64,000 nt of DNA from the human T2T-CHM13v2.0 reference genome, Homo sapiens: NCBI RefSeq assembly GCF_009914755.1, contig NC_060928.1. The stretch is one strand, 5' to 3'. Of the stretch, positions 12,043 to 24,619 are shown in pieces (the first letter of the stretch is position 1; each line of letters opens with the position of its first letter). Both the position numbers and the translations under genes were made by a program. The notes under the pieces are model-generated. The model was given only the letters and a program-made list of their open reading frames with translations, searched no databases and was not told the origin of the DNA.

Positions 12043-13010
12043 TTTTAGGAGGAATTGGATTGGCTTACATGATTATGGAGGCTGAAAAGTCCCACAATCT
12101 GCTGTCTGCAAACTGGAGATCCAGGAAAGCCAGTGGTATAATTTAGTCTGCGTCAAAGATCCAAAAATGAAGGCAGCCAATAATGTAAATCCCAGTCCAA
12201 CTGTCAGGGGAAGAAAACAGGCCATTTCTTTATTTTTCTACTTTTTATTCTATTCAGAACCTCAATGGATTGGAAGATGCCCAATTCACATTGAGGAGGA
12301 TAATCTACTTCACTGAGTCCACCTATTCAAATGCTATTCTTATCTAGAAAAACCCTCTCAGACACAATCAGAAACAATGTTTAATCTGGGCACCTCATGG
12401 ACCTTTCAAGTTGACACATTAAAAACAACCATCACATAAAGATTCAACCATGTTGTAGTATTCAACAAGATTTCCTTCTTTTTAAAGGCTGAATGGTGTT
12501 CCATTGCAAATATATATATGCATATATTTCCAATGCGCATATATATATTTATTTATATACACACTACATTTTGTTTCTCCATTGATCTACCGATGGATAT
12601 TTGGGGTGCTTTCACCTCTTGGTAATATGAATAGCGCTGCTTTGAACACAAGTATGAAAACATTTCTCTCAGAACCTGCTTTCAATTCTTTTGCTATACC
12701 CTGTAGTGGGATTGCTGAATCATGTAGAAGTTATATTTTAAATTTTCTGAGGAACCTCCATTGTGTTTTACATAGCAGTTGCATCATTTTACAATCACAC
12801 CAACAGTGCACAAGACCTCCAATTGTTCCACATTCTCACCAACACCTGTTATATTGTTTTTGTTTTCTTGATAGTTACCATCTTAATGGATGGGAACAGA
12901 TACATTTTTGTGGTTTTAATTTGCATTTTTCTGATGATGACTGATGTTGAGTATATGTTCATATATTTGTTGGCCACTTGTACACCATCCTTACGCAGTT
13001 TATTATTTAA
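11600..13010 (-). mobile_element. L1MB/L1ME-type 3' end, split by an MLT2 LTR
   Basis: Typical reverse L1M 3' text (tttaaattgtggtaaaa..accatttttaagtg..; tggcttatttcacttagcataatgtttt|..ccatgttgtag). Confidence 0.8.
11906..12436 (-). mobile_element. MLT2 (ERVL) solo LTR with internal (CA)n
   Basis: Runs tgtattagtaagggttctccagagaaatagaacc..aagttgacacatt..aaccatcaca. Flanks tcaaa/taaag are a decayed 5-bp TSD. The (CA)n lies at about 12002-12040. Confidence 0.85.
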
Positions 13011-13345
13011 GAACACAAATGATTCAGATGCTTTGTCTTTGCGTGAATCTCAGATTATCCTTGGTCTTGATTTGTTTGCATAAATATATGCTATGATTTT
13101 CATTAACATTCTAAAGTGCTAATAAAAATTATGGCAACTCAAATGCATTTCTTTTTTAGCTTAAGCATTTTAAAAGTTGAATATTTGCTAAATCATATTT
13201 TCATAGGTATCTAATTGAAACTCACATGAAATCTAATTGCTTCACAGTTCTTTCAACTCTCAGCTTCTCTAGAGACTGCCCCCTAGATAAAACTAGACCT
13301 CTGTGATTGCTGTTCCACTCCTTCTACTCACTGTTCTGTCTATAC

Positions 13346-13523
13346 CAGTGGTTCTCAAATGTTGTGACGCAGTAGAATTACCAAGGGATATTTTAAATAG
13401 CCTGCTGCCAAGGTCATTTTCCACACCAATTAAATTAGAATTTCTGGGATGAAACTTAGACATCAGCATTTTTTTTTAACTTTCCTGATGATTTTAATGA
13501 GAAGCCAGGTTTGAGAATTAGTG
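13346..13523. mobile_element. MER5-family hAT-Charlie MITE
   Basis: TIRs cagtggttctcaaa / tttgagaattagtg, with an 8-bp TSD gtctatac / gtctacac. Confidence 0.85.
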
Positions 13524-15659
13524 GTCTACACTTCTCACAGGGCATAACATACCAGCTATTTCCTTAAATTTTTGATGTCCCTAAAATAAGAGAACATCAA
13601 CTAGCAAATGTACTTTTCTACTTCATAGGTTATTTACTGGCCTGCATGTGTATAGATTTATTATATGTTTTGTTAGACAGTTAGTGGGTGAACACAGGCT
13701 ACTGAACAGCTTAAAACTTATTATAGTCAGTATTTTTCACTGATTAAAAACATAATTTTCAATGTAAAATTTATAATTCTATTTTATCCATGGAGATAGG
13801 ACTCAAAAAGAATATATAAAAGAAAGAAATGCAAACCTGTTTCAGAATTATTTAAAAATGTATCTGATAAAAATTTATAATAAAGCGGTATGGCTGATTG
13901 CTTTTGTCTTTAATATACGTTATTCTTAATTGAAGCAATCCTGTCCATATGATTGTAGCGTTTTTCTTCAGGAAATAAAAAAAAAATAATAAAAACATGA
14001 GCACTACATTGTGAAATAAAAAAAGACATTTTTATGGAGCTTGTATTTCTATAAAACATCACTCTTGAATTCAAGGTGAAAATATCGATATGTAATCAGA
14101 AGTTCTTATCTTTAAGAAGTACTTCACAAAAAGTAAAAAGAATGAAACTGACATGCTCCTTTTTGGAAATTTTCATATCATGTATACCTGCTATTTGATA
14201 TTATAAGACCATAGGAACAAGGATCCAAAATGCACATACACAGTACTTAATTAAATAGTTGCAAAATGTTTTTATTTGCTGACTTTACATTAATACATTT
14301 TATTTGGAACTAATTCAAATTTTCTAATGTGAAAACTAAAATAGAAAAATTAACAAGATTATTTAATTTGCAAAATATTTAACTATTATCTCATTAACCT
14401 CTAAGAGTTTTGTTTGCACTATTATACACCTCCTTTTATGGGTGACACCCCTAGGGGCTTAGGAGATATACTGACTTGTTCAATCTGTAACTCAGTGGTG
14501 GAGAAAACCCTCAACTCCAGTCTTTTTATGTAAAATTCTTATTCCTTTTTTGATAATTCTACTGCTGGGAAGCTACTTTCATTGAGGTGAAACGGTATTA
14601 TAATAACTATCTCAGATATTCTAATAATAAAATCTCTGTGATCATTTAAATTTCTAAAAACAGATAACTGTCTTCCAGTAGCACAACAAAAATTTTTGTA
14701 AGCTCTCACTTTTTTTCTTTCTGAAAAGAAACAAATATAAATAATAAATATGTTATTTGTATTTGACAAAATTTTAGAATATATTATTTTTGCTTGAAGG
14801 AGAGATAACAGGATGTTTTGCTTACAGGTGGTAAAATAAAAAGCTGGTGTACATAAAAAGCCTCAATTATGTTTTTTTCCCTTTCATTGGTGAATCATTT
14901 ATTATCTCAATAAAGAAACTCTGGAACCCATTTTGAAACATTTTATTCTCTAAGATTCTATATGAGATAAGACATCTCAACAATTTGCCATTTTAAGAAT
15001 AAGTCCATATTTTAAAATTAGGAAGAAGCAGTATTCTATCTTTTACTCGAGCTCCTTTCATGATGGCAAAGCAAATGCTGCCACACGTCATGAAAGAGAT
15101 GTTCCTTGTAATTCTCTGCTCCAGACCAAGCATCATGTTTTGGGTCTCCAGCTACATCTTTGACCAGAATTCATTGATCAGACCTTAGCCATCTTTCTCT
15201 GAAACCAGTATCACAATAATATAGGAATAACCAGAATGAATGCTGGGTAGTGAAAAAGATGGAGTCAAGTACTCTCAGAAACAAAGGCTGATATTTCTAG
15301 TAGCTGATATCAATAATCTACAATCAAGAACTCACTGATTCCTCTGAATCAATTTACAATTAATTTAACCAATACCAGAGTATCATCATATTTATTTCAT
15401 CTTACAATGAAGTGAAAAAGGCTTAAGACTTTTTTTTAGAATAAGGGATATTGGGTTCCTCTCTAAGTCCCTGTTCCTCAAATATGCCTCTGAGTTAAAA
15501 ATCATTTGGAATTCATAAAATGTATATACTGGATTTCCAAACCAACCTATAATTCAGAATATTCGATAGTGATACGAGGACCTATATTTTGTCAAGTATC
15601 CAAGACAAGTTTTAAGAACTTCTATTATTTCCATTTAAGCTTTAATTTTTGTCTTAAAA

Positions 15660-15856
15660 ACAGCTTCTGAACCTTGCATTATGGATATTTGGGGTCATAT
15701 TATTTAGTTTAAGGGGTTTGTTGGATGTTTGGTAGCATTCCTGGCTTCTACCAACTATGTGCCTGTAATTCCATCCTCCAGTTGTGACAACCAAAAAATC
15801 TCCAGACATTGATAAATGTTTCTTGAGTGGAAAAAGTGCCCCGTTTGGAAGCACTA
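15660..15856. mobile_element. MER20 (hAT-Charlie)
   Basis: Contains tagcattcctggcttctacc..ccagttgtgacaaccaaaaaatctccagacattg, diagnostic of MER20. Confidence 0.85.
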
Positions 15857-16877
15857 TTATAAAGTATCAAGGAAAAAGTCTTTAAGGACCTAAATATTTT
15901 TTCAGTTCCACTGAATCCAATGGTTCTTATATATCTTAATGTTAGGGACAATAGTTTTTTATGCAAAGATAACCATAGACTCTATCAAAAGAAAAAAAGA
16001 AGAAGAAAAAATAAACTATATGTCTTTTAACAGTCTATTTTATTTGAAGAAATTTTCCCCTAATCCAATTTGGAAATTTAGTTGCACTATTATTTTTATC
16101 TAAAATTTAGGAAGAATTTAAAATCCCGGGATTTCCTTTTTTTCTAGCTTTAAATTTGTAGAGTAAAGCTGTTTCAATATGATATATAACATTTACAGTT
16201 ATGTTATCCTTAGAAGAAAGAGTAATCAGAGATAAAGCTCACAACATCATAATAAAAGCATTGCAATCAAATCCTATTATGATTCCAGAGATGGGTTGTA
16301 TTTTAGTAAGATTTCAGAAACAAGAAAGAACACTAATCATTAACTTAGAATGACCGAAGAGCCCTCAATGTTATTTTTTTAAGCAGAAAAAATAATAAAA
16401 TTATTTCATGACGCATTAAAAGCAGAGATGCTGATGGATCGTCACCTCTGTGTTTAGAGATCAAGGTTCTCCACAACTTTCCATAAGAGGAGCAGATTCT
16501 TACAAAATGCCTCCGAGCATAATTTTAACTCGAGTTTAAAATTTAATATTATTTATTATCAATGAATGTGTGTGTACTTTAAACGTGCAGTAAAGATGAT
16601 TAATTTCTCTGCACACATGAAGTAAACACAATTGAAAGCTGTATTTTTTTTAATTCAGAGAAAGAAAATTGGATGTAGAATAAAGTCAACAATTATTTGT
16701 GGGGCAATCTGAGGTGGTTTAACATCTGGGACACCTGAGGACGCTGGATTGCCTTCTGCACACACTGTGCCCCACATATTCAAATCTTTACACTGGTGAG
16801 ATAAGTTTAAAAACTGTATCAAAAGTAGGATTAAAGGGAAGAAGTTAATGATAAAACAGGGACATATAGGAAAAGAC

Positions 16878-17057
16878 TTTTTTTCGCAGTTTTTAAAAAT
16901 ATTTTAATTATACTTTAAGTTCTAGGGTATATGTGCACAACGTGCAGGTTTGTCACATAGTTATACATGTGCCATGTTGGTTTGCTGCACCCATCAACTC
17001 GTCATTTACACTAGGTATTTCTCCTAATGCTATCCCTCCCGCAGCCTCCCATCCCCC
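16878..17057 (-). mobile_element. Short 5'-truncated L1PA (about PA5-7) 3' end with TSD
   Basis: Runs ttatactttaagttctagggtatatgtgcacaacgtgcagg..ctaatgctatccctccc. TSD aggaaaagac(t/a)ttt at 16868 and 17058. Confidence 0.92.
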
Positions 17058-18909
17058 AGGAAAAGACATTTATATAGAAGTAGGAAGGAACATCAAACTC
17101 ATTTTGAGCATAATTTCATTTGGGAGTAAAGAGGCCATCTCTTAAAAGCACTGGCTTTAAACTAACATTTCTTTTCCAAAATTGTTATTGTCACTATTAT
17201 GACATTTTTTCACCTGTAGGAGCTGGAACAAAAATCTCAGTTTATATAAGATCCCAGCTTCAGTTCATAGCTTCTAATTCAGAGAAAACTGATCTCAATT
17301 GTTTTCTAAAATGCTTAGTTAAAATAACAAATGCTTTCAACCTGAATAGAATATATACATAGAATTTTTGAGAGTGTGCATTATCACTGCTGAACTAGAG
17401 CATAAAACAAATACTTTAAAATACTCAATTATCACAGTGAGAAAAGAAAAGATACACAGATGGGAGGATAATTTTTTAACAGAATAAGCGCTGGAAGTAT
17501 GTAGACAAAAATGCTGCATATTTTTCAGAACCCATGAAAGATAAAAAAAATAGAGTTGTGGTAATTTTTCTGATTGTTCTTTTTAAGGGTGTCTATCTAT
17601 GTGACCTCTTTATTGGACACACGATACTGATCAACATGTGTTTTCTACCATAGATTTTTTTTCAAAATTTTCTCAAAGTAGCTTTGACATACATCTTCAA
17701 GAAATATATTGACCCAAAAAGAGAAATACAGTAGAATAACATAAAAGAGAATTCAGTGATTCAGTAATAGACATTGAAATTATGTTTAAAATAGATTGTT
17801 AGTGACTAGAGGCAATTAATGGACAATCTGTTGATAGTGTATGGTATGAAGAGATCGTAAATGTTTCTGAGTGAATTGATCAGTTCTGTTACATTTTCTG
17901 AGTAGAAGATTAATGGAGTAAACTTAGCAAAAGACTGAAATAACTTTGTTTTATTATGTTACTTAGCCAACTGATATTCTAACATTGGAATTTTTAGTGC
18001 ATTTTCTTGTTATAACTTTGCTTTTTGTAATTTACCTAGCCATTTGGAACTTGTTCCCCATAGTACGTTAGTACAGGTGAAGTCTGCATCTTTAACAAGG
18101 GAATATTTATTTTATTTATATACCTACGGCAATATTTACTTTCATTACCATAACACTGTCCAAGGTACTTCATCGTAAACATGTATGATATAGTTGAAGC
18201 AGACATACAGTAACTTAAGCATCCTTGAATATATTCTGTTTCTTACTAGGTGAAAAAGAATTTTAGTGCAATTCAAAGATCTATATTTTTTCCTCAGAGT
18301 CAGTCTTCATTGATTTTTAGCGCTTGATCCACTGAAAATGTGTTTTAACATACTGTTACTTTTTATTCACTCTCTGATCTGTGTATTTTGATTAATCATC
18401 TCAGAATCCCTGAAAGAAACTTCGGGTGGAATTTGACTGGGAACAGGGCCCAGGAGCTACATGCTTTAGGCTTTTTGTTATATTACTGATAAAATTTCTG
18501 CTAAAATTTTTCCAGTTTTAGCAGAAAACACTTTTAAGATTTTTGCAAAATGCTGACATTTTCTAATTCTTATTTTGTGTTACTTTTTGTCTGTGCATAT
18601 GATTGATTTATAATAAATTTTTATTAAGTATTAAGCACTTTTGAAAAGAAAATGCATTAAAAGAGCAATAATTGTGGTGAATAGAGTGATATATTAATGA
18701 ATAAAATAATTATTTGTCATTTAGCTTCATAGATGCATTGTATATTTTGGTTTAATGAACAAACTCACCTCAGTATGTCACCCAATAAAGTATTATGATT
18801 TACAACCTTACAGCTTTTTAGGCCTCCTTTTTTTTCTTGCCTTACATTTCTTCACTTTTATCTACAATACTGAATTAGCAGCAAAAGGCACCTTGATATT
18901 TGTTAAAAT

Positions 18910-19178
18910 ATTAATAGACTTTATTGTTTAGAGTAGTTTTGTGTTTACATAAAATTATGTAGATAGAACTGAAAGTTCTCTTGTACTGGCTCAGTTTCTG
19001 GCTCACAGTTTTCCCTATTATTAACATCTTGTGTAAGTACGGTTTATTTTGCTGCAACTGATGAGCAAATACAGAAAAGTTTTTATTAACTGTAGTCTAT
19101 AATGAACTTTAGCATTTACTCTGTATTGTATTGTTCTGTGTGGTTTGACAAATGCATAATTTCATGTGTCTTGCATTA
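18910..19178 (-). mobile_element. L1MC-type 3' end fragment
   Basis: Contains ttaatagactttatt..cacagttttccctattattaacatcttg..tttgacaaatgcataat. Confidence 0.7.
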
Positions 19179-19633
19179 AGCCTTTTGATGTTTACTTTCA
19201 ATTCTGTTAATGTGCTAAAAGGTCAAATAGGAAGAAATATTTCCATATTGTAAGTCATATTTTTCCCCCAAGCTTAAAAGGTTTGTAGTCCATTGTTAGA
19301 AAAATACACTTTTGGTCATATTTGCATGAAAAGAAAAATCTTTTGATAATAAACTTAAAACTAAAAATTGCATTATAAATATGCAACAATATAATTATCA
19401 GTATATTTGGTAACCACAGATTTTACTTTACAGTATTATATACCTACTTAACATAATTCTATAAAGTAAAGGTGAAGATTTTCAATAAAAATAAAAGAAA
19501 CTATAGAATTGCAAGATCAATGGACTGAGCTTAACTTTTATAAGAGCTCCACTATTTTAGGTGGAAAAAGATGGAATTCAATAAACCAAAATCTGGCTAG
19601 TCAAATATTATCTTTATTTTCAATATGGAGAGC

Positions 19634-19823
19634 CTGTATCTGTTGAGACAATCATGTAGTTTTTGTTTTTAGTTGTTTATGTGATGAATCACATTTATTA
19701 ATTTGCATATGTTGAGCCAACCTTGCCCCAGGGATAAAGCCTACCTGATTGTGGTGGATTAGCTTTTTGATATGCTGCTGGATTTGGTTTGCCAGTATTT
19801 TGTTGAGGATTTTTGCATCAATG
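19634..19823 (-). mobile_element. Internal L1PA/PB ORF2 (RT) fragment without poly(A)
   Basis: Encodes [32 protein letters not shown] (part of ORF 19652-19951). Confidence 0.9.
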
Positions 19824-19825
19824 CA

Positions 19826-21844
19826 AAATGAAGTTAGCTGCATCAATAGACTTTTCCTTTCACAGAAATTTTCTCTGTAGTATGTGATGCTGCTTGCTAA
19901 CATTTTACACACATAAAAACTTTCTTTCAAAATTGGAGTCCATTGGCGCAAACACTGCCCATGCTTTATAAGTCACGTTCATGGAAATGCTTTGTTGTCA
20001 TTTCAACAATGATCGTGGTATCTTCAACAGGAGTAGATTTCATCTTAAGAAACAACTTCCCTTGCTCCTCCATAAGAAGCAAATCCTCATACATGAAAGC
20101 TTTATTGTGGCTTTGAAGCAATTAGGTCACATCTTCAGACTTTGCTTGTAATTCTAGTTCTCTTGCTATTTTTACCACATCTACAGTGACTTCCTCCACT
20201 AAACTCTTGGACCTTTCAGAGTCATCCATGAGCATTAGAATCAACTTCCTCCAAACTGACTTCCTTTCATGAATCACAAATGTTGCTAATGGCATCTAGA
20301 ATGGTGAATCCTTTTCAGGTTTTCAATTTACTTTACCCAGTCCATCAGAGGAATCATCATCTCTGGCAGTTATAGCCTTACAAAATGTATTCACCAAATA
20401 TTCAGACTTGAAAGTCAAACTTACTTCTTGATCCAAAGGATCCAGAATGGATGTTGCATTAACAGGCATGAAGACAACACTAATCTTCTTGTATATCTCC
20501 ATAAGAGCTCTTGGGTGATAAGATTCTTCGATACTGAGAAGTAGTATTTTGAAATGAATTCTTCTTTTTCCTAAACAGTATATCTCAACAGTGGGCTTAA
20601 AAATATTCAGTAAACCATTCAAAACAGATGTGTTGTCATTTAGGCTTATTGTTTCATTTGCAGAGCACAGGCAGAGTAGATTTAGCCAAACACTTAAGGG
20701 TGCTAAGATTTTTGGAATGGTAAATAAGCACTGGCTTTAACTTAAAGGCATTAGCATTGACTCCTAACAAGAAAGATGGCCTTTTCTTGGAAGCTTTGCA
20801 CACATTGACTTTTTATTTTTTGCTATGAGTTTTGGATAACATCTTCTTCCAATAAAAGACTGTTTCACCTACATTGGAAATCTGTTGTTTATTGCAGCCA
20901 CCATCATTAATTATCTTAGCTAGCTCTTCCAGGTAACTTGCTGCAGCTTCTACATCAGTCCTTGCTGTTTTACCTGTGTTATGGAGGGGCTTCTTCCCTT
21001 AAACTTCATGAACTAAATTCTGCTAGTTGCAAATTTTTCTTCTTTGGCTTCTTCACCGAAATCTTCATAGAACTGATGACAATTAGAGCCTTGCTCTGAA
21101 TTAGGCTTTGGCTTAAGGGAATGTTGTGGCTAGTTTGATCTTCTATCCAGACCACTCAACTTCTCCCTGTAAGCAGTAAGGCTGATTGGCTTTTTTGTCC
21201 TTTGTGTGTTCAGTAGAGTAGCACTTTTAATTTCCTTCAAGGACTTTTGTTTTACATTCACAACTTGGCTGAACTGCTTGGTGCAAGATGCTTACCTGTC
21301 AATCTGCCTCAGCTTTCGACATGCCTTCCTCACTAAGCATAATCATGTCTAGCTTTTGATTTAGTGAGAGACATATGACTCTTTCTTTCATTTGAACACT
21401 TAGAAAAAATCGCAGGGTTATTAAGTGGGCACATTTCAATATTGTTGTGTCTCAGGGAATAGGGAGGCTCAAAGAGAAAGAGAGAGAGAGAGAGACAGCA
21501 AGAGAGAGAGAGAGATGAGGCCCATCGGTGGAGAAGTCAGATCACACACAACATTTCCTAATTTCCCTGTCTTATATGGGAACAGTTGTAATGCTTCAAA
21601 ACAATTACTATAGTAACATCAAATTTTCTGATTACAGATACCATAACATATATAATTATAATTAAAAATGTACAACATTGCAAGAATTACTAAAATGTGA
21701 CACAGAGACATGAAGTAAACATGTTGGAAAAATGGCACCAATAGTCTTGCCCAACACAGGGTTGCTACAAACCTTCAATTGGTTAAAACCACACAACATT
21801 TGTAAAGTGCAATAAAGTGAAACAAAATAAATGAGATATGCCTG
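19826..21844 (-). mobile_element. Tigger1 DNA transposon, about 2 kb, 3'-truncated, dead transposase
   Basis: TIR-like gagatatgcctg ends at 21844. ORF 20323-20622 ([43 protein letters not shown]) is a Tigger/pogo DDE transposase segment. A (GA)n lies at about 21473-21514. Confidence 0.92.
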
Positions 21845-21864
21845 CATAGATTAGAATGGTTGAT

Positions 21865-21899
21865 ATGTGTGTATATATATATACACACACATATATATG

Positions 21900-21931
<32 letters not shown>

Positions 21932-22366
21932 GAGGCACACACATATACATACTGTATCATTATAAACGAGGTAGATATAGCCCTACAAAATATATTTACT
22001 AAATAAGACTTGAAAGTCAAGTCTTAATAATTAGTCTTATCCTCCTGGATCCATAGGTTGCAGAATGGCAGAATGCATGTTGTGCTGGCAGGCAAGAAAA
22101 CAACATTAATCTTCTTGTATATTTCCATGAGAGAGCTCTTGAGTGTGTGTGTGTGTACATATATATACATATATATATATATATATACATATAAACCATT
22201 TGGAATATATATGCACATTATATATAAACCATTCTAAATTGTTATTATATATATGTATATGTGTGCATGTATATATATGTATATATGTGTGCATGTATAT
22301 ATACACATACACATACACATATACCCATTTATAATTGTTTACATATATATGTGTGTATATATATAC
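21865..22366. repeat. Compound (TA)/(CA)/(TG) microsatellite enclosing a second Tigger1 fragment (21970-22145)
   Basis: Visible dinucleotide tracts. The central segment aligns by eye to 20365-20517. Confidence 0.85.
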
Positions 22367-23019
22367 AATATCACTGTAAACAAGGATTATATTTTACACA
22401 ATATTTTGTTTCAAAGAGCTTTCTTAACATGAATGCTTAATTTTTTTTTTGTAAAGTTGGCAATGTTAACATTTCTAGTTTTCCATTGACCTAAGCAATG
22501 AGTTTGATTTTTGACGCATCATGGGCAAAACTATAAAAGCAACTTGTTTTCTATGATTTAAGTTGATGAAATAACATGTTATTTCAGAAGCAATTGAAAG
22601 TGCTGTGCAGCAAAGAGTTATTTGATTGTTAGAGATCTCAGAATATTAGAGTTTATTATAAGAAAAATACTTAGGAAAGCAATTCTTTGTGGGTGGATGA
22701 TTTTATGAGAAATAATTATGTTAATAGCAATTTTATGTTAGGATAATCTGAATTAAGTTTTATGTCACCCACTCTCTTCCTTCAACATTGCTGTATATAT
22801 ATGACTTGTTTACAGGATTTCTCACATATACTTTGTATCTAGGAATGTAGAATTTATCATCCTACTTTTTTTTAAATACAAGAAGTCTGTGTTAAAATGT
22901 GGAGCATTACTATATTAAGATAAATGCATATTTAAACAATTATTACATAATTTTATTTGTTTTCAAATTAGCTTGAAATTTAAACTTACAATATGCAAAT
23001 GCAGGTAGGGTTCTAACAA

Positions 23020-23350
23020 CATTGGTACATTAAATTGTAGCAGTGTTAATTAGCATGTTCTTTCTGGAAAGCCGCATGGCAATGTATATCATAAACTACA
23101 GCAAAGCTTATGCCCTTTGACTCACTAATTTCACTCTTGGGAATACCTGTGGAAGTATTTCAAAAGAAGAAATTTAAAAATAAAAGCTATAAGTATAAAG
23201 AAGTCTAATGCAATAATAATTATAATAAAAAATGGAGTAAAGTTTACATAATTCTCATGAGAATAATTAGGTAGCTTTAAGAACAGTTATTTGATGGATG
23301 TTTTATGCTGTTTAAGTGCATTTATATGTAATGTTAAATGGCAAAAAGTG
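23020..23350 (+). mobile_element. Old L1ME fragment
   Basis: Contains ttctggaaagc..tggcaatgtatatc..tgccctttgactcactaatttcactcttgggaat. Confidence 0.6.
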
Positions 23351-23890
23351 AAAAAAATTTTATATAAATTATAATTTCAAACATGTATGAGTCCTAATGT
23401 GAATGTACATGTCCTAGAAACACACACACACACAAACACATAAGAGTTAAAAAATGGTGTCAAATTTTAAAAATTATAAGGTTTTAAAATATCTAAATGT
23501 TTTTATATGTACATTGGATTTTAGTAACTAGTAAGATCATATTTTATTTAATAGCTTATTTAAATACTTCATTAAAATATTTTTTCCTCATTTTACTCTT
23601 TTGTATCTTATTCATTTTATATTACTATTACAGAAAATAGTAATAAACATCTACTGTTTATATAGCAGCTTAATCATTGGATTATTTTTGTGATATAAAT
23701 TTACTGTAAAGGCATATGTTGGTCATTTCATTTAGCTATCTGATAAAACATTTCTATTAATTATATATCTATGTACATATACACTCACGTTTTCAAATGA
23801 GTTATCTTTTTACAATAGAAACACAATACATAATCACACAGGTAGCTTACACCTAGAGTGTTAAGCAGAGGAAAGCTATATTCTTGAATA

Positions 23891-23985
23891 AGCGCACCAG
23901 CTTGGCACATGTATACATATGTAACTAACCTGCGCATTGTGCACATGTACCCTAAAACTTAAAGTATAATAATAATAAAAAGAAA
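23891..23985 (+). mobile_element. Very short young L1PA (about PA2-3) 3' end
   Basis: Reads gcgcaccagcttggcacatgtatacatatgtaactaacctgcgcattgtgcacatgtaccctaaaacttaaagtataataataataaaa. Confidence 0.92.
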
Positions 23986-24132
23986 ATATATACAATGAAA
24001 CAAATAATATGATTAGTAGAATCATATAAATCAACACATATATAAACTTGGATATTTAAACATGTCCCATTCTTTTTACAGTATACAGTCAGAATGCTTA
24101 GAAAATTTAGGGGATTTAGTATCACCTTGGTC

Positions 24133-24445
24133 AAGGGATGGTATATGCAAATGTTTACATAAGCCAGGGCAGTAAAATGGATAGATACATCTCTTTAGGT
24201 TCCATTTACAATGTGTCACCCAACATCAGAAGACCAAAGAGAGGAGCAGTGACTCTACTCTTGCTGACTGCTGTGCAAAAGCAGAGTCAACATGTTCAAA
24301 AGGCAAGATATCGACCCTGTTATGTGAAGTCTCCTGATTTTTTTTAAACATTTCAAATTTGTGTAAAACAAATAACCCTGTAAGTCGAGCAAAAGTTATC
24401 CACAGATCATATTTGCTGTCAGCTAGTTTGTGAATTCCGGCTCTA
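24133..24445. mobile_element. Possible MER103-like hAT element
   Basis: aagtctcctgattttt.. and the end gctagtttgtgaattccggctctag resemble MER103C. Highly diverged. Confidence 0.45.
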
Positions 24446-24588
24446 GTTCTAATCCTTTTATTTTAGAAAATACATAATTCCTATAAAATAAAACAAGGAG
24501 TCTTAGACTGCAGGTGATAAGTCATGGAACTGGAAAAAGCACAGAGGACTCATGGATCATTCTCTAGCACACCCTCTTTTTCTCTCTA

Positions 24589-24619
<31 letters not shown>
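24589..24619. repeat. (CA)n microsatellite
   Basis: Directly visible. Confidence 0.95.

Noticed and set aside
20323-20622. TIGD1-like transposase peptide
   Set aside because: It is a fragment of a Tigger1 copy with stops and frameshifts around it, not a domesticated gene.
21865-22366. Repeat-spacer-like look (short aaccatt repeats between variable tracts)
   Set aside because: Not CRISPR: eukaryotic context, irregular spacing and microsatellite spacers.
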